A DNA stretch of 25,738 nucleotides from a virus (Duplodnaviria; Caudoviricetes): IMG/VR virus record IMGVR_UViG_3300025270_001884, positions 1 to 25,738 of that record; one strand, given 5' to 3'. Numbering within the stretch: the first letter of the stretch is position 1; each line of letters starts with the position of its first letter. The notes under the pieces were generated by a model. That model saw only the letters and a program-made list of their open reading frames with translations. It made no database searches and was not told where the DNA came from. Position numbers and translations under genes: made by a program. Shown here one piece after another: positions 1-9,433 of the stretch.

Positions 1-80
1 AACTCGGCAACAGTCAGGCTGTGAGGTGGAGCCATCTTCTGGAGAATGGCTTCTTTACGTTCCGGTGAATAATGGGGCAT
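1..80 (-). CDS. IS3-family transposase OrfA, N-terminal fragment (partial, runs off window)
   Basis: Own translation from ATG at 80: MPHYSPERKEAILQKMAPPHSLTVAE..., resembling the 'YSxERKxAxL..PP..lsvae' HTH N-terminus of IS3-family OrfA proteins. Confidence 0.7.
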   Translation of the reverse strand, partial: MPHYSPERKEAILQKMAPPHSLTVAE

Positions 81-122
81 GGTTGTCCTCTGAAATAATC
101 AGGCGACAACTACGCTGACACA
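1..122 (-). mobile_element. IS3-family insertion sequence, left end (continues beyond the window edge), inserted into the type III res gene
   Basis: Minus strand reads TGTGTCAGCGTAGTTGTCGCC from 122 (TG terminus typical of IS3 family), then an SD-like AGAGGA and ATG at 80. The Res reading frame loses Res-like character exactly here (...KPKTNPL|CVSVVVA*). The terminus could be 120 rather than 122. Confidence 0.75.
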
Positions 123-2309
123 TAGGGGGTTGGTCTTCGGTTTGCGGCCATCCTCGATCTTTGGCAGCTGGCCTTCACTGAACACGGTATCGATCAAGGC
201 AAAGATCTGGTCACCGAATGGCTTCAGATCGTCGGGTAACTCCGCCAGGGCGCCTTGTGCCTTCGCATCATGGTAGGTATCGACAACCTGGTCTGTATCG
301 TCGGTATAGTCGTTCTTCACCAGGTAGCGGTATATCTGCTTGGCCATGGCGGGAGTGACTTCTACAGTGCCTTGCTCGGTGGCCATTAGTTTGCCCGTGA
401 AATAGGCTTCAGTTGCCTGGCGCGGCCTGGCACTCAGGTTTTCACTGATTTCCTGCTGCAGTCCGGTAACAAAATCTTTGTAGCTTTCGCTGGCAATCAC
501 CGTCAGTACGTTGATGTCATGAACCACAGCTGGGTGGTCCATTCGGTCGCCGTGTTTATCGACGGACAAGCGCAGGCCACGCCCCACCTCCTGGCGCCGG
601 GATATCATGTTGTCGCTGTGCTTGAGCATGCACATGATGAACACATTTGGGTTGTCCCAGCCTTCACGCAGCGCCGAGTGGGAGAAGATAAACCTGGTCG
701 GTTCCTGGAAGGAGAGAAGGCGCTCCTTGTCTTTCAAGATCAGGTCATAGGCGTCCACATCGTCAGAATCAACGGCCCGTTTCCCCACAGCTGGATCTTT
801 CAGGCGATTGGTTTTCTTATCAATGGCGAAGTAGCCATTGTGCGTGCTGGCAGGGTCAATGCCGTCCAGATACTGGCGGTAGGCCTGATTGTCTATGGCC
901 AGTTCAGATAGGTATTCATTCTTAAGCAGCTGATATTCTTCCTCAAAGATGCGGGCGTACTCACCATTCTCATCTTCCTGGTTGTAGTCGCGATACTTGG
1001 CCACCTCGTCGATAAAAAACAACGAAAGTACCTTGATGCCCTGCGCAAACAGCTGCTTTTCCCGTTCCAGGTGCGCTTTGATGGTCTCGCGGATCTGGAT
1101 ACGTCGGATATCGCCTTCGGAAACGTCACCGCTGGCTTCTCCAGCCGTGAGCACTAGCCCATTGGTAAACTCCACGGTGTCAGTAGTGGCGTCAATCTGG
1201 CTGATGGTAAAACCGTCCCGGTATTGATCCAGTTCACCAGACTCCGAAAACAGATCATCTTTAAACCGAAGACGCCTGAGCTGGCGCTTGATCTCGCCGG
1301 ATTTGAGCTTCACTTCCAGCTCTATGCGGGCCACCGGCGCGTGCTTAGAGATGTCGATACCTTCCAGATACAGGTAGGCATTGGTGCCGGCCAGACCGCG
1401 TGTCTGGATACCGCGCACAGCGATCTTTTTGACCAGTTTCTGGTTGTAGGCGTCCAGGGCATCCAGGCGGTGAATGCGGTTGTGCTGGGTGCGGTGGGTA
1501 GCCGAGTATCGGAGAATAGCCAACGGCTTAAACTGAGGTAGAGCCTCCATGGTGGCTTTACCTTCCATCTTCTGTGGCTCGTCCAGAATCAGAATTGGCC
1601 GGTTCGCAGCAATGACATCGATGGGTTTGCGTGACTGGAAGCCATCGAGCTCGTCATAGATACGCCTGTTGTCGGCACCCCGGGCGTTGAAGGCCTGGAT
1701 GTTCATAATCATCACATTGATGCCGGCGTCGGAAGAGAAACTCTCCAGCTCATGCAGCCGCTTGGAATTGTAGATGAAGAACCGCGCCTTCTTGCCGTAG
1801 CTTTCGGTGAAATGCTCAGCGGTAATCTGCAGCGACTTATACACGCCTTCTCGGATGGCTATGGAGGGCACCATGATGATGAACTTGCTCCAGCCATAGC
1901 GCTTGTTCATCTCAAAGATGGTTTTGATGTAGCAGTAGGTCTTGCCGGTGCCCGTCTCCATCTCCACGTCCAGGTGGATGCGTGTGGCGGCCAGGGCATC
2001 CTTTTTATAGGCGGCCTTCGCCGGTACACGGTTGTTCTTGGAGTCGTAGGTGGAGAAGTCCGTCAGTGACGATGACGCCGGAAGATTTTGTCGGCGCTGA
2101 ACGGCCTGAATGTTCTCCAGCACCTGCGCCTCGCTGAGTGCCAGGTCAGCATTCTTGAAGCCTTCCGCATCAAAGGCGCCAGTCTGAGCCTGCTGCCCGG
2201 GGTCAATGCGGTAAGCCAGGCCGTCACGCATCGGTTGGCCGGCAAAACAGTCCACCACTGCTTCAACCGCATTGGTTTGGTAAGCCTGGGTTTTGAACTT
2301 CAGCTTCAT
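99..2309 (-). pseudogene. res: Type III restriction-modification Res subunit (SF2 helicase), interrupted by IS
   Basis: [11 protein letters not shown] start, Walker [18 protein letters not shown] and [10 protein letters not shown] motifs of type III Res. It is only 736 aa, the last 7 aa come from IS sequence, and no C-terminal PD-(D/E)xK nuclease region is present (intact Res proteins are ~1000 aa). Confidence 0.88.
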
Positions 2310-2340
2310 GGCATTCTCTTTCTGTATTCTTTCTGCAAGG

Positions 2341-2366
2341 CTTTCTGCACGCTGCTGTGCAGAAAG
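2341..2366. promoter_or_regulatory. Perfect 10-bp inverted repeat between rhuM-like gene and res
   Basis: CTTTCTGCAC-gctgct-GTGCAGAAAG. The CTTTCTG(C/T)A half-site also occurs at 2318 and 2329. Function unknown. Confidence 0.4.
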
Positions 2367-2381
2367 GACCTGGGTTGGTGA

Positions 2382-3434
2382 TCAACGCTGTGGGTCTTTG
2401 TCGCCCTTTCTTTCGGGTGACTTCAACTGCTTCAGCTTCTTTTCGGCCTCGATGAAATGCTTTTCAACTTCCGAGGGCTGTTGCAGCTGTTGCTCGCGGT
2501 ATTTATCGAACTCCTGATGCACTTTGTTCAACGCTTGCTGGTTACTGATGCTACCTGCATTGGTCAGCAATTCGCGCCCGGTCATGGTCAGGAATTGATC
2601 AAGTCGTTGCTGCCAGTCCACCATCGTCATGGGTTGGCGGTTGAGCGCTTGCACCTCAGCCAATTCCAGGTAGGCATTGACGATGCGGTTCAGGATATTG
2701 AGCTCTTCTTCATTCAGGTAGTTCTTGGCAACCTCAATATCCCGTTTCAGCAGATTCTTGCCCGGGAAGTTGGTGACACCCATGTTGGGTGCGCTGGCGT
2801 CTGCTCGCTGGAAAATCAGCTCGGAGGCGGTATGCCCGTGAGCCGCCCAATGCATCTTGTTCTGCACCTGCTTGAAGAACAGCTGGGTTTGCTCCGCCTT
2901 GGGATCGTAATCAGTGCTGGTGGCATAAATGTCCAATACCTTGCGCCAGAACACCTTCTCGGAGCTGCGGATATCGCGGATGCGCGCCAACAGCTCTTCA
3001 AAATAGCGGTCGTTCTGCGGCTCCTTGAGACGTTCATCATCCATGACAAAGCCTTTGATGATGTATTCCTTGAGGCGCTCGGTGGCCCAGATCCGGAAGC
3101 GGGTAGCGATGGCGCTTTTGACTCGATAGCCAACGGCAATGATCATGTCCAGATTGTAGAAATCCCGCTGGCGTCGGACCTCACGGCCACCCTCGAGCTG
3201 AACTGACAAGAATTTCTTGTGAGTTGCTTCCTTCTCCAGTTCACCCTCTGCGTAGACGTTCTGGATGTGGCCACTGATATTTTGCTGGGTGGTCTGGAAC
3301 AGCTCAGCCAGCTGGTTCTGGGTCAGCCACAGGGTTTCATCCTGCAAGCGCACCTCAAGCCGCAGCCGACCTTCGGCCGCCTCATACAGCAGGATATCCG
3401 CTGTGCTACCAGGCTGCTCAGTACCTTGGCTCAT
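2382..3434 (-). CDS. Virulence RhuM family protein (putative DNA-binding)
   Basis: ETLWLTQNQLAELFQ, YNLDMIIAVGYRVKS, FRIWATERLKEYIIKGFVMDDERLK and RIRDIRSSEKVF are hallmark RhuM-family segments. The family is common inside RM operons. ATGA overlap with the mod stop. Confidence 0.88.
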   Translation of the reverse strand: MSQGTEQPGSTADILLYEAAEGRLRLEVRLQDETLWLTQNQLAELFQTTQQNISGHIQNVYAEGELEKEATHKKFLSVQLEGGREVRRQRDFYNLDMIIAVGYRVKSAIATRFRIWATERLKEYIIKGFVMDDERLKEPQNDRYFEELLARIRDIRSSEKVFWRKVLDIYATSTDYDPKAEQTQLFFKQVQNKMHWAAHGHTASELIFQRADASAPNMGVTNFPGKNLLKRDIEVAKNYLNEEELNILNRIVNAYLELAEVQALNRQPMTMVDWQQRLDQFLTMTGRELLTNAGSISNQQALNKVHQEFDKYREQQLQQPSEVEKHFIEAEKKLKQLKSPERKGDKDPQR

Positions 3435-5317
3435 AGCGAACGAACCTCTGTGCTGGGCGATAGCTGACGGAAGATCTGCTCGACATTGATCTTCACGGCA
3501 TCGGAGACAAAGCCGTTATCGCGGAACACGACACGCAGCGGCTCATGTTTGGCCAGTTCTTTGACCAGCCCCTCCGTAATGCCAGTGTCAAAGCAGGCGA
3601 CGAGGGCGTTGTCATCGACGAAGAACACTGTTTTTCCTTGCACGGATTCGCGGCGAATCGGCAGGGTCAGATCCACGCCCCAGTCCACCAGCACCTGGAA
3701 CAGCAGATCTTCCGGCGTTCGGTCGGGTTTAACGTTATCCACCGCTTCTAGCAGGTCGCCTTGGGAGAGCTCGTCGGGACGGTAGTAGATGTCCTTCATG
3801 TTCGAGCTATCTACCTTGAAAACACGAAAGCCAATATCTCGGTTCCAATCAGGATGACAGTCACCGTCAATTATTTTTTTTCCTGCGCGGCGGACTCTCT
3901 CTTTCGAGATTTCGGCGATGTCGGTGAAATCATGCTTCTTGGCTTCTGACTTGTCCGAAACGGGCTCGGCCATTTGGACCATTATGAACTTACGGTTCCC
4001 TCCATCCGCCGCATTCTGAGCAAGAACGGCATGGGCTGTCGATCCCGAGCCTGCAAAAAAGTCAAGAACAGTATGCTCTTCGTTTTTTGATGTTCCAATT
4101 TCGAGTAGTCTTTTAATTAGGCTGGTGGGTTTGGGGGTGTCAAAAAGCTTCGGTATTTCGAATAGTTGAAGGATTTCATCTGAAGCACCTTCGTTCGTGC
4201 CCACTTCATCGTGTGCCCAGTAGGTAGGGACGGTCTGGCCTTCAACTTCGCTCATGAAGCGCTTGACGCGGGGAACGTTATCGCCGTGGGCTCCAAACCA
4301 GATGCGATTTTCGTCACGAAGGCTTTTGAATGTCCGCTCTACAAGTCCCCAAGACCGGCCTTTTGGAGGGCCAATGACACGACCACTGGGTAGCTCGACA
4401 TTAAAGAACTGATCTTTGGTTGCCCTCCCGATCATTCCCGTCATATCCACGGAGGCCCAAGGTCCACGCTCGTCATTATCCGGATTAGTGAACGAAGCTT
4501 TACGCTTTTCGCTCAGGGCCATCTTTCCTATAGCAGACTTTGGGTTCTCACTGTTTTTTACATAGCAGAGTACATAGTCATGCACACTGCCTATCGTTGA
4601 TCTTGCATCTGGCGTTGCTTTCTTGCGCCAGATGATAGCGGCAACGAATGAAGTTTCTCCGAACACCTCGTCAGCCACTTTGCGGAGATTGTCTCTCTCG
4701 TGGTCATCGATGGAAATGAAAATCACCCCATCGTCCGAAAGAAGGTTTTTTGCTATGCGAAGTCTTGAATAAATCATCGAAAGCCAATCTGAGTGGAATC
4801 GGCCATTAGCTTCGCTGTTTGAAACCAGTTTTGATCCTGACTCAGATGCTTGGTTAGATCGAATAAGAAAAGAGAGTGAATCCTCGGAAAAGTCATCGTC
4901 ATAGACAAAATCGCTACCAGTGTTATATGGCGGGTCGATGTAGATCATTTTGACCGATCCAAGATAGTTGTCTTGAAGAGCCTTTAACGCTTCAAGATTG
5001 TCTCCTTCAATGAAAAGATTTTTTGTCTTGTCGAAGTCCACACTTTCGTTGCGAGCAGGGCGCAACGTTTTGGCAATTGGTGCATTGGCGAGAGCCAAGG
5101 CTTCACGTTTCCCTGGCCAATCTAACCGATATCGCTCCTGGGGCCCCTCTACAATCGAATCGCTTAGTTCCTGTCGCAACCGATCAAAATCCAATACCCA
5201 ACGTAACTTGCCAGTGGTTTTATCCCGTGCTTCAGTCACGCAACCGGGAAAAATCTCTTGAATCTTAGCGATGTTGTCCTGGCTTAGGTCGGGGCTATGC
5301 ATCTTGAGTTTGTCCAC
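3431..5317 (-). CDS. mod: Type III restriction-modification DNA methyltransferase (Mod subunit)
   Basis: FIEGDNLEALK, motif IV IYIDPPYNTG, HSDWLSMIYSRL and motif I DFFAGSGST in beta-class order. GTG start with GAGGT SD. Upstream of res. Confidence 0.93.
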   Translation of the reverse strand: MDKLKMHSPDLSQDNIAKIQEIFPGCVTEARDKTTGKLRWVLDFDRLRQELSDSIVEGPQERYRLDWPGKREALALANAPIAKTLRPARNESVDFDKTKNLFIEGDNLEALKALQDNYLGSVKMIYIDPPYNTGSDFVYDDDFSEDSLSFLIRSNQASESGSKLVSNSEANGRFHSDWLSMIYSRLRIAKNLLSDDGVIFISIDDHERDNLRKVADEVFGETSFVAAIIWRKKATPDARSTIGSVHDYVLCYVKNSENPKSAIGKMALSEKRKASFTNPDNDERGPWASVDMTGMIGRATKDQFFNVELPSGRVIGPPKGRSWGLVERTFKSLRDENRIWFGAHGDNVPRVKRFMSEVEGQTVPTYWAHDEVGTNEGASDEILQLFEIPKLFDTPKPTSLIKRLLEIGTSKNEEHTVLDFFAGSGSTAHAVLAQNAADGGNRKFIMVQMAEPVSDKSEAKKHDFTDIAEISKERVRRAGKKIIDGDCHPDWNRDIGFRVFKVDSSNMKDIYYRPDELSQGDLLEAVDNVKPDRTPEDLLFQVLVDWGVDLTLPIRRESVQGKTVFFVDDNALVACFDTGITEGLVKELAKHEPLRVVFRDNGFVSDAVKINVEQIFRQLSPSTEVRSL

Positions 5318-5360
5318 AAAATATTACCTCGTTGAATTCGTTTCTCAGGCGCTGGCAGGG

Positions 5361-7712
5361 CTAAACGCGAACACGGACTGGTATCCTCGTATCAAGCCGG
5401 GCTTTGATGTGCGTATAAAGCTGCGCTGATAAATTGTCTTTGTCTCGGAGACTTACCAGAAGTGAGTAGCTCTCTTCGCTATCACATAGGGTTTCGCCCC
5501 ACGGAAAGTCATTGCGGGTGACCACAACAAACAGTTTTTTGTTGCGCAAAGCGGAATTGGAGTTGAATTGAAGAAAATTCCAAGAATCTGCCTGGACGGT
5601 TCCTTTGCTTCGAGCAGTCTGCCCAATAGTTGCTCCGGCTAGTTCCTTGATGCTTTGATAGTCATCCTTCTTTGTGGCCTTGTTGAACATGGTGGTGACA
5701 TGCTCAAGGTCTCGCGCTGCAATTAGTTTGAAATCAATACGGGTGGCGCGATACTTTATTCGTGTTGAGCGAACAGGCGGCGTGTAGGCCAATGCGACCG
5801 CGATTTGCCGAAGACGCTTTTTTCCACTGCTAGTAAATTCGGGCGGCACGGGGATTTCATAAAAATGGTGCCGCTTGTTTTCTATTCTGCCTTCTGTAAT
5901 AAGCGTGACGGCATTTTCGAGGGACCGCTTCAGCGCAGTGTCATCAACCTCACCATAACCACAAACCCGGCTAAGCGCTTTATTCTGCATAAAGAGATGT
6001 TGGCTGGCCTGCGGAATTGCTGCGTTCAGGCAGAGTTGTGCGCGGATGAAATTTGCTGTGGCATCCGGGTGTTCGTGAAATATGGACGCTGCCAGATGTG
6101 CAACTTGGGGGGCTGCCATGCTGGTTCCTCCATCCACTAAAAAAGGATAGCCACTGGTAAACTTATGGTTGGTAGATATCACTCCTAACCTAGCTACCCT
6201 GTCTAGCAGCAAGTAACTCGCTCGTGCATTGATCGCCCAGTTCCCACCATGGGCCACCAATTCTGGTTTGATGGCCCCATCGACAGAATGGCCGCTACGG
6301 GAGAAGGGGGATGGTTGGCCCGGCTGAGCAATCGGTATTTCAGCCGGGTCATGTGAATGATGCTGGCTGTTGAAGGTTTTATTGTGCCGGGCTAGGCTAC
6401 CCACAGTAAGTGCGTTTAAGGCAGGTGCAGGTTCGATGATCTGCCAACTTTTGTTTAGCAAGTAGTTTGGGTATTGATCGCGCCATTCCAGGCCATTTGG
6501 TGAGTCCGCACTGATCTGATGATTTCCTGATGAGACGACAAACAACACGCCAAGCTCGCGAGAGAGTGTGTCTAACGTCACGGAAAGACCTTTAAGATGT
6601 CCACCGAAGTAAGGCTTGTTAGAATCCCCAAAGGACAAGTTGAATACCCTGCAATTATGCTCCATGAAGAAGTATCGAACTGCCTCTTCTATATGGTTCT
6701 CTACAAAGCCTGTTGTATTTTCATTGTTTTTGTCGAGAATTCGACCGCTATACAAGCGCAAGGTCGGCGTAAAGGCTCCTTTGCGAAGATGTTTTTCAAA
6801 ATCCCCATAGAGCGCTAGACCTGCAACGTGCGTACCGTGTCCATTTTCGTCATGTGGGCCTTCGCCTGGAAGAAAACTAGCTGTTTTTGCTACCGCGTCT
6901 TTCAACAAAGGGTGCCCATCGGCAATGCCGCTATCCAGCACCACTATACCTGGAGCTTCGGCTGACGGTGCTTGGACTTCTGGGAATTGCTGAATATCCT
7001 GGAACTCAACCGATCGCTCCAACGAAAAGCTTGGTGGGAGGTCGATTGATCGAATATCTCTATGGTGGAGCAATAATTCGGCTTGAGCGGTAGTGCAGCG
7101 GACACGGTAGAGTGTCAGTTCTGGTTTTCTGACTTGGTCTAACTTTTTTATACTTTGTTCTGATAGCCAGCTTTCAAACTTAGTCCAAGCTTGTTCTCTA
7201 GCATCGGGCTTATCTTCTAATGGCCAGATCTCGAGGTCGAGAAGAAAGTCTTCATCAGCAGGGAATCCTTGTTGCCTAAGTGCCCAGCCTTTACGGTCAT
7301 CTGGACTCCAACCGTCTACGCTTTGCAAGGCGTAGATGACTTCTTTGTTGGTGACATACTGTCCCGACGCCATGCTGGAAAGGCGAGCTTCGAACTGTGC
7401 CATTGCGGCATTCGTCGCGAAGCCAATGATGACGGTTTCGTCTTCTTGGCTGACAACCTCTATTTCCGGGGAAATTTTTCTTAGGTCGTCAGGGTTAAAC
7501 CCTTTCTGAACTGTGAAACGAAAGAGTTTACGCTCATCAAAACCACCGATATCTTCGCTGGCTTCTCTCGTTGCATTGGCTAGCTTTCCGAGTAGCCCTC
7601 TTCCATGAGAGGGTACATCGTCCGGGGGAGCGGTGCGCGGGCCCCCGCCAGGACGCTTTTCGTTAACTGGTGCTTCTCGTTGAATGTTTAGATGCGGAAA
7701 GGTTTCTTCCAT
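5361..7712 (-). CDS. S8 family (subtilase) serine protease, IetS-like
   Basis: Catalytic triad motifs VVLDSGI, DENGHGTHVAG and GGTSMAAP, plus FNLSFG and IKPELVAHGGN. No signal peptide evident. Directly downstream of an AAA ATPase. Confidence 0.9.
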   Translation of the reverse strand: MEETFPHLNIQREAPVNEKRPGGGPRTAPPDDVPSHGRGLLGKLANATREASEDIGGFDERKLFRFTVQKGFNPDDLRKISPEIEVVSQEDETVIIGFATNAAMAQFEARLSSMASGQYVTNKEVIYALQSVDGWSPDDRKGWALRQQGFPADEDFLLDLEIWPLEDKPDAREQAWTKFESWLSEQSIKKLDQVRKPELTLYRVRCTTAQAELLLHHRDIRSIDLPPSFSLERSVEFQDIQQFPEVQAPSAEAPGIVVLDSGIADGHPLLKDAVAKTASFLPGEGPHDENGHGTHVAGLALYGDFEKHLRKGAFTPTLRLYSGRILDKNNENTTGFVENHIEEAVRYFFMEHNCRVFNLSFGDSNKPYFGGHLKGLSVTLDTLSRELGVLFVVSSGNHQISADSPNGLEWRDQYPNYLLNKSWQIIEPAPALNALTVGSLARHNKTFNSQHHSHDPAEIPIAQPGQPSPFSRSGHSVDGAIKPELVAHGGNWAINARASYLLLDRVARLGVISTNHKFTSGYPFLVDGGTSMAAPQVAHLAASIFHEHPDATANFIRAQLCLNAAIPQASQHLFMQNKALSRVCGYGEVDDTALKRSLENAVTLITEGRIENKRHHFYEIPVPPEFTSSGKKRLRQIAVALAYTPPVRSTRIKYRATRIDFKLIAARDLEHVTTMFNKATKKDDYQSIKELAGATIGQTARSKGTVQADSWNFLQFNSNSALRNKKLFVVVTRNDFPWGETLCDSEESYSLLVSLRDKDNLSAQLYTHIKARLDTRIPVRVRV

Positions 7713-7718
7713 GACGAC

Positions 7719-8714
7719 TTAGTTTCCTTGTATGCGAGCTCTGCGAGCATCTTCGCGACGAATAGCCGATTGAAGGTGCCTTTCGCTGAGAAATTCTTTA
7801 CCTGTTAACACCATATCTTTTGCTGCCCGACGTAACACACGCTCCACATCAGCATGGCTCATGCCCTTAAAAAGACTCGTTATGCGTGCATCGTCAATAT
7901 CGAACTCACGACGCAACCCGCGGAGCTTGATGGACAATAATCGACGCAACTGCTCCAGGTTTGGAGATTCGAAGACCAGCACTTCGTCAAAGCGGCGCCA
8001 GATTGCCGCATCAAGGATGCGCTCATGGTTAGTAGCCGCGACCAGAATGCTCTTTCCCTCGTATGCATCTAGCATCTGTAGGAAGGCATTGACGACACGT
8101 TTCAGCTCACCATGCTCAGCAGTATCCGCGCGCTCTTTAGCCAACGCATCGAACTCGTCGAACAAAACAACCATCGGTGTAATGGCAATGAAATCAAAAA
8201 CCTGTCGCAAATTGGAGGCGGTTTCTCCAAGCAGCGAAGACACCACGCTATCAATACGCACGATTGCTAGCGGCAGTCCCAGTTCGCTGGCCAGAACCTC
8301 TGCTGTCAGCGTCTTTCCACAACCTGGCGGGCCGCAGAACAGTAGGCGGTCAGCTGGGTGCAAGCCATAGCTATGCAGAGCTTCAGCTCGGTGATGCTCT
8401 TGCAGTAGCTCGTTTAGCAAAGAAGCGTTTTCATCCGACAACACGACATCTTCGATGCGACGGACGGGTTCGTTGATCTGCAAAAGCGGGATATTGCGTT
8501 CTTTATCTTTTGGAACGCGATCACTCAAGAGCGCATTGGTTGCCCCGGGGGTGTTGCGACGACCATAAAGAATTCTTTCAAGGTCGTTGGCCAGAAGATG
8601 ATGCTTTCTTGCACGTTCTTCTTGGATCAGTTGTTCAGAAACCCGTTTGAAGGCTTCGAGATTGCCCTCTGTGCCCGTTTTTACAAGCTGCCGGAGAAGT
8701 TTGCCGGTGGCCAT
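7719..8714 (-). CDS. AAA+ ATPase, IetA-like
   Basis: Walker A GPPGCGKT, Walker B VVLFDEFD, ELKRVVNAFLQ and AATNH...LDAAIWRRFD (second region of homology). Lies 6 bp from the S8 protease gene. Confidence 0.9.
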   Translation of the reverse strand: MATGKLLRQLVKTGTEGNLEAFKRVSEQLIQEERARKHHLLANDLERILYGRRNTPGATNALLSDRVPKDKERNIPLLQINEPVRRIEDVVLSDENASLLNELLQEHHRAEALHSYGLHPADRLLFCGPPGCGKTLTAEVLASELGLPLAIVRIDSVVSSLLGETASNLRQVFDFIAITPMVVLFDEFDALAKERADTAEHGELKRVVNAFLQMLDAYEGKSILVAATNHERILDAAIWRRFDEVLVFESPNLEQLRRLLSIKLRGLRREFDIDDARITSLFKGMSHADVERVLRRAAKDMVLTGKEFLSERHLQSAIRREDARRARIQGN

Positions 8715-8761
8715 AGTTTTTCCCCTACAGGGTGATTTCGAAAATAGTCAACAAAACTCGT

Positions 8762-9433
8762 TTATTTTAGCCTTTCAAGCTCAGCTTTCATTCGCCGCAA
8801 CTCTGCATTCATGTCAACCTTGCGATTAAACTGCTTTTCGCGCTTCAACCGAGCTGTGATCTTGTCTATTTCCCGTTGCTTAGCCCGTAGTTGCTCTACG
8901 CGCCCCACCGCGTCAACTAAAGACTCCTCTGACCGTGCAGGTATGGGCATTGTGTGAAGCAACAATTTTTCATAAAGCCCGTTCATATCCAGTGCCACCG
9001 GCAAGGACTGACGTGGAGTGTCGCGGGGATACCAGTTTGTCTCAAGGTAATTGCCCACTATCGAGCAGCTATTGTCGTTCTTACTATTGAGGTTCTGAGG
9101 TAGTCGCTTGTAGGCTGCTCCTACCTTAATGCGCTCACCTTGCATCAGCTCGAAAATCAGTGGAAAGGGAATTGCGTAATCAATGGTCTTAAGTATGTCC
9201 CAGTCCAGCTCGGTTCCCTTGAGCACAATATGGAATACCTGGATCTCCCTCACCGCCTCAGTAGGGGGCAGGTTGACCGTCTCCGGGGCCAGTTTGTAGG
9301 CCCAGGTAATCTGCTCCACCTGCTGCACAAAACGCTCCTTCAGAGCGCTCCCAACAGCGCCATGTTCGTATATCTTGCGCTTGGGTACCATACGTTCAAA
9401 GGCAGCCGCCTTGGGCCAGGCAAACAGGGTCAT
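8762..9433 (-). CDS. DUF4391 domain protein
   Basis: ITWAYKLAPETVNL, EIQVFHIVLK, ID.AIPFPLIFE and C-terminal coiled coil KREKQFNRKVDMN. Usual position after the SNF2 helicase in these type III RM clusters. ATGA overlap with the helicase stop. Confidence 0.82.
   Translation of the reverse strand: MTLFAWPKAAAFERMVPKRKIYEHGAVGSALKERFVQQVEQITWAYKLAPETVNLPPTEAVREIQVFHIVLKGTELDWDILKTIDYAIPFPLIFELMQGERIKVGAAYKRLPQNLNSKNDNSCSIVGNYLETNWYPRDTPRQSLPVALDMNGLYEKLLLHTMPIPARSEESLVDAVGRVEQLRAKQREIDKITARLKREKQFNRKVDMNAELRRMKAELERLK

Noticed and set aside
3874-3881. A8 tract in mod as a phase-variation switch
   Set aside because: Short homopolymer encoding Gly-Lys-Lys-Ile in an in-frame gene. No long simple-sequence repeat typical of phase-variable mod alleles.
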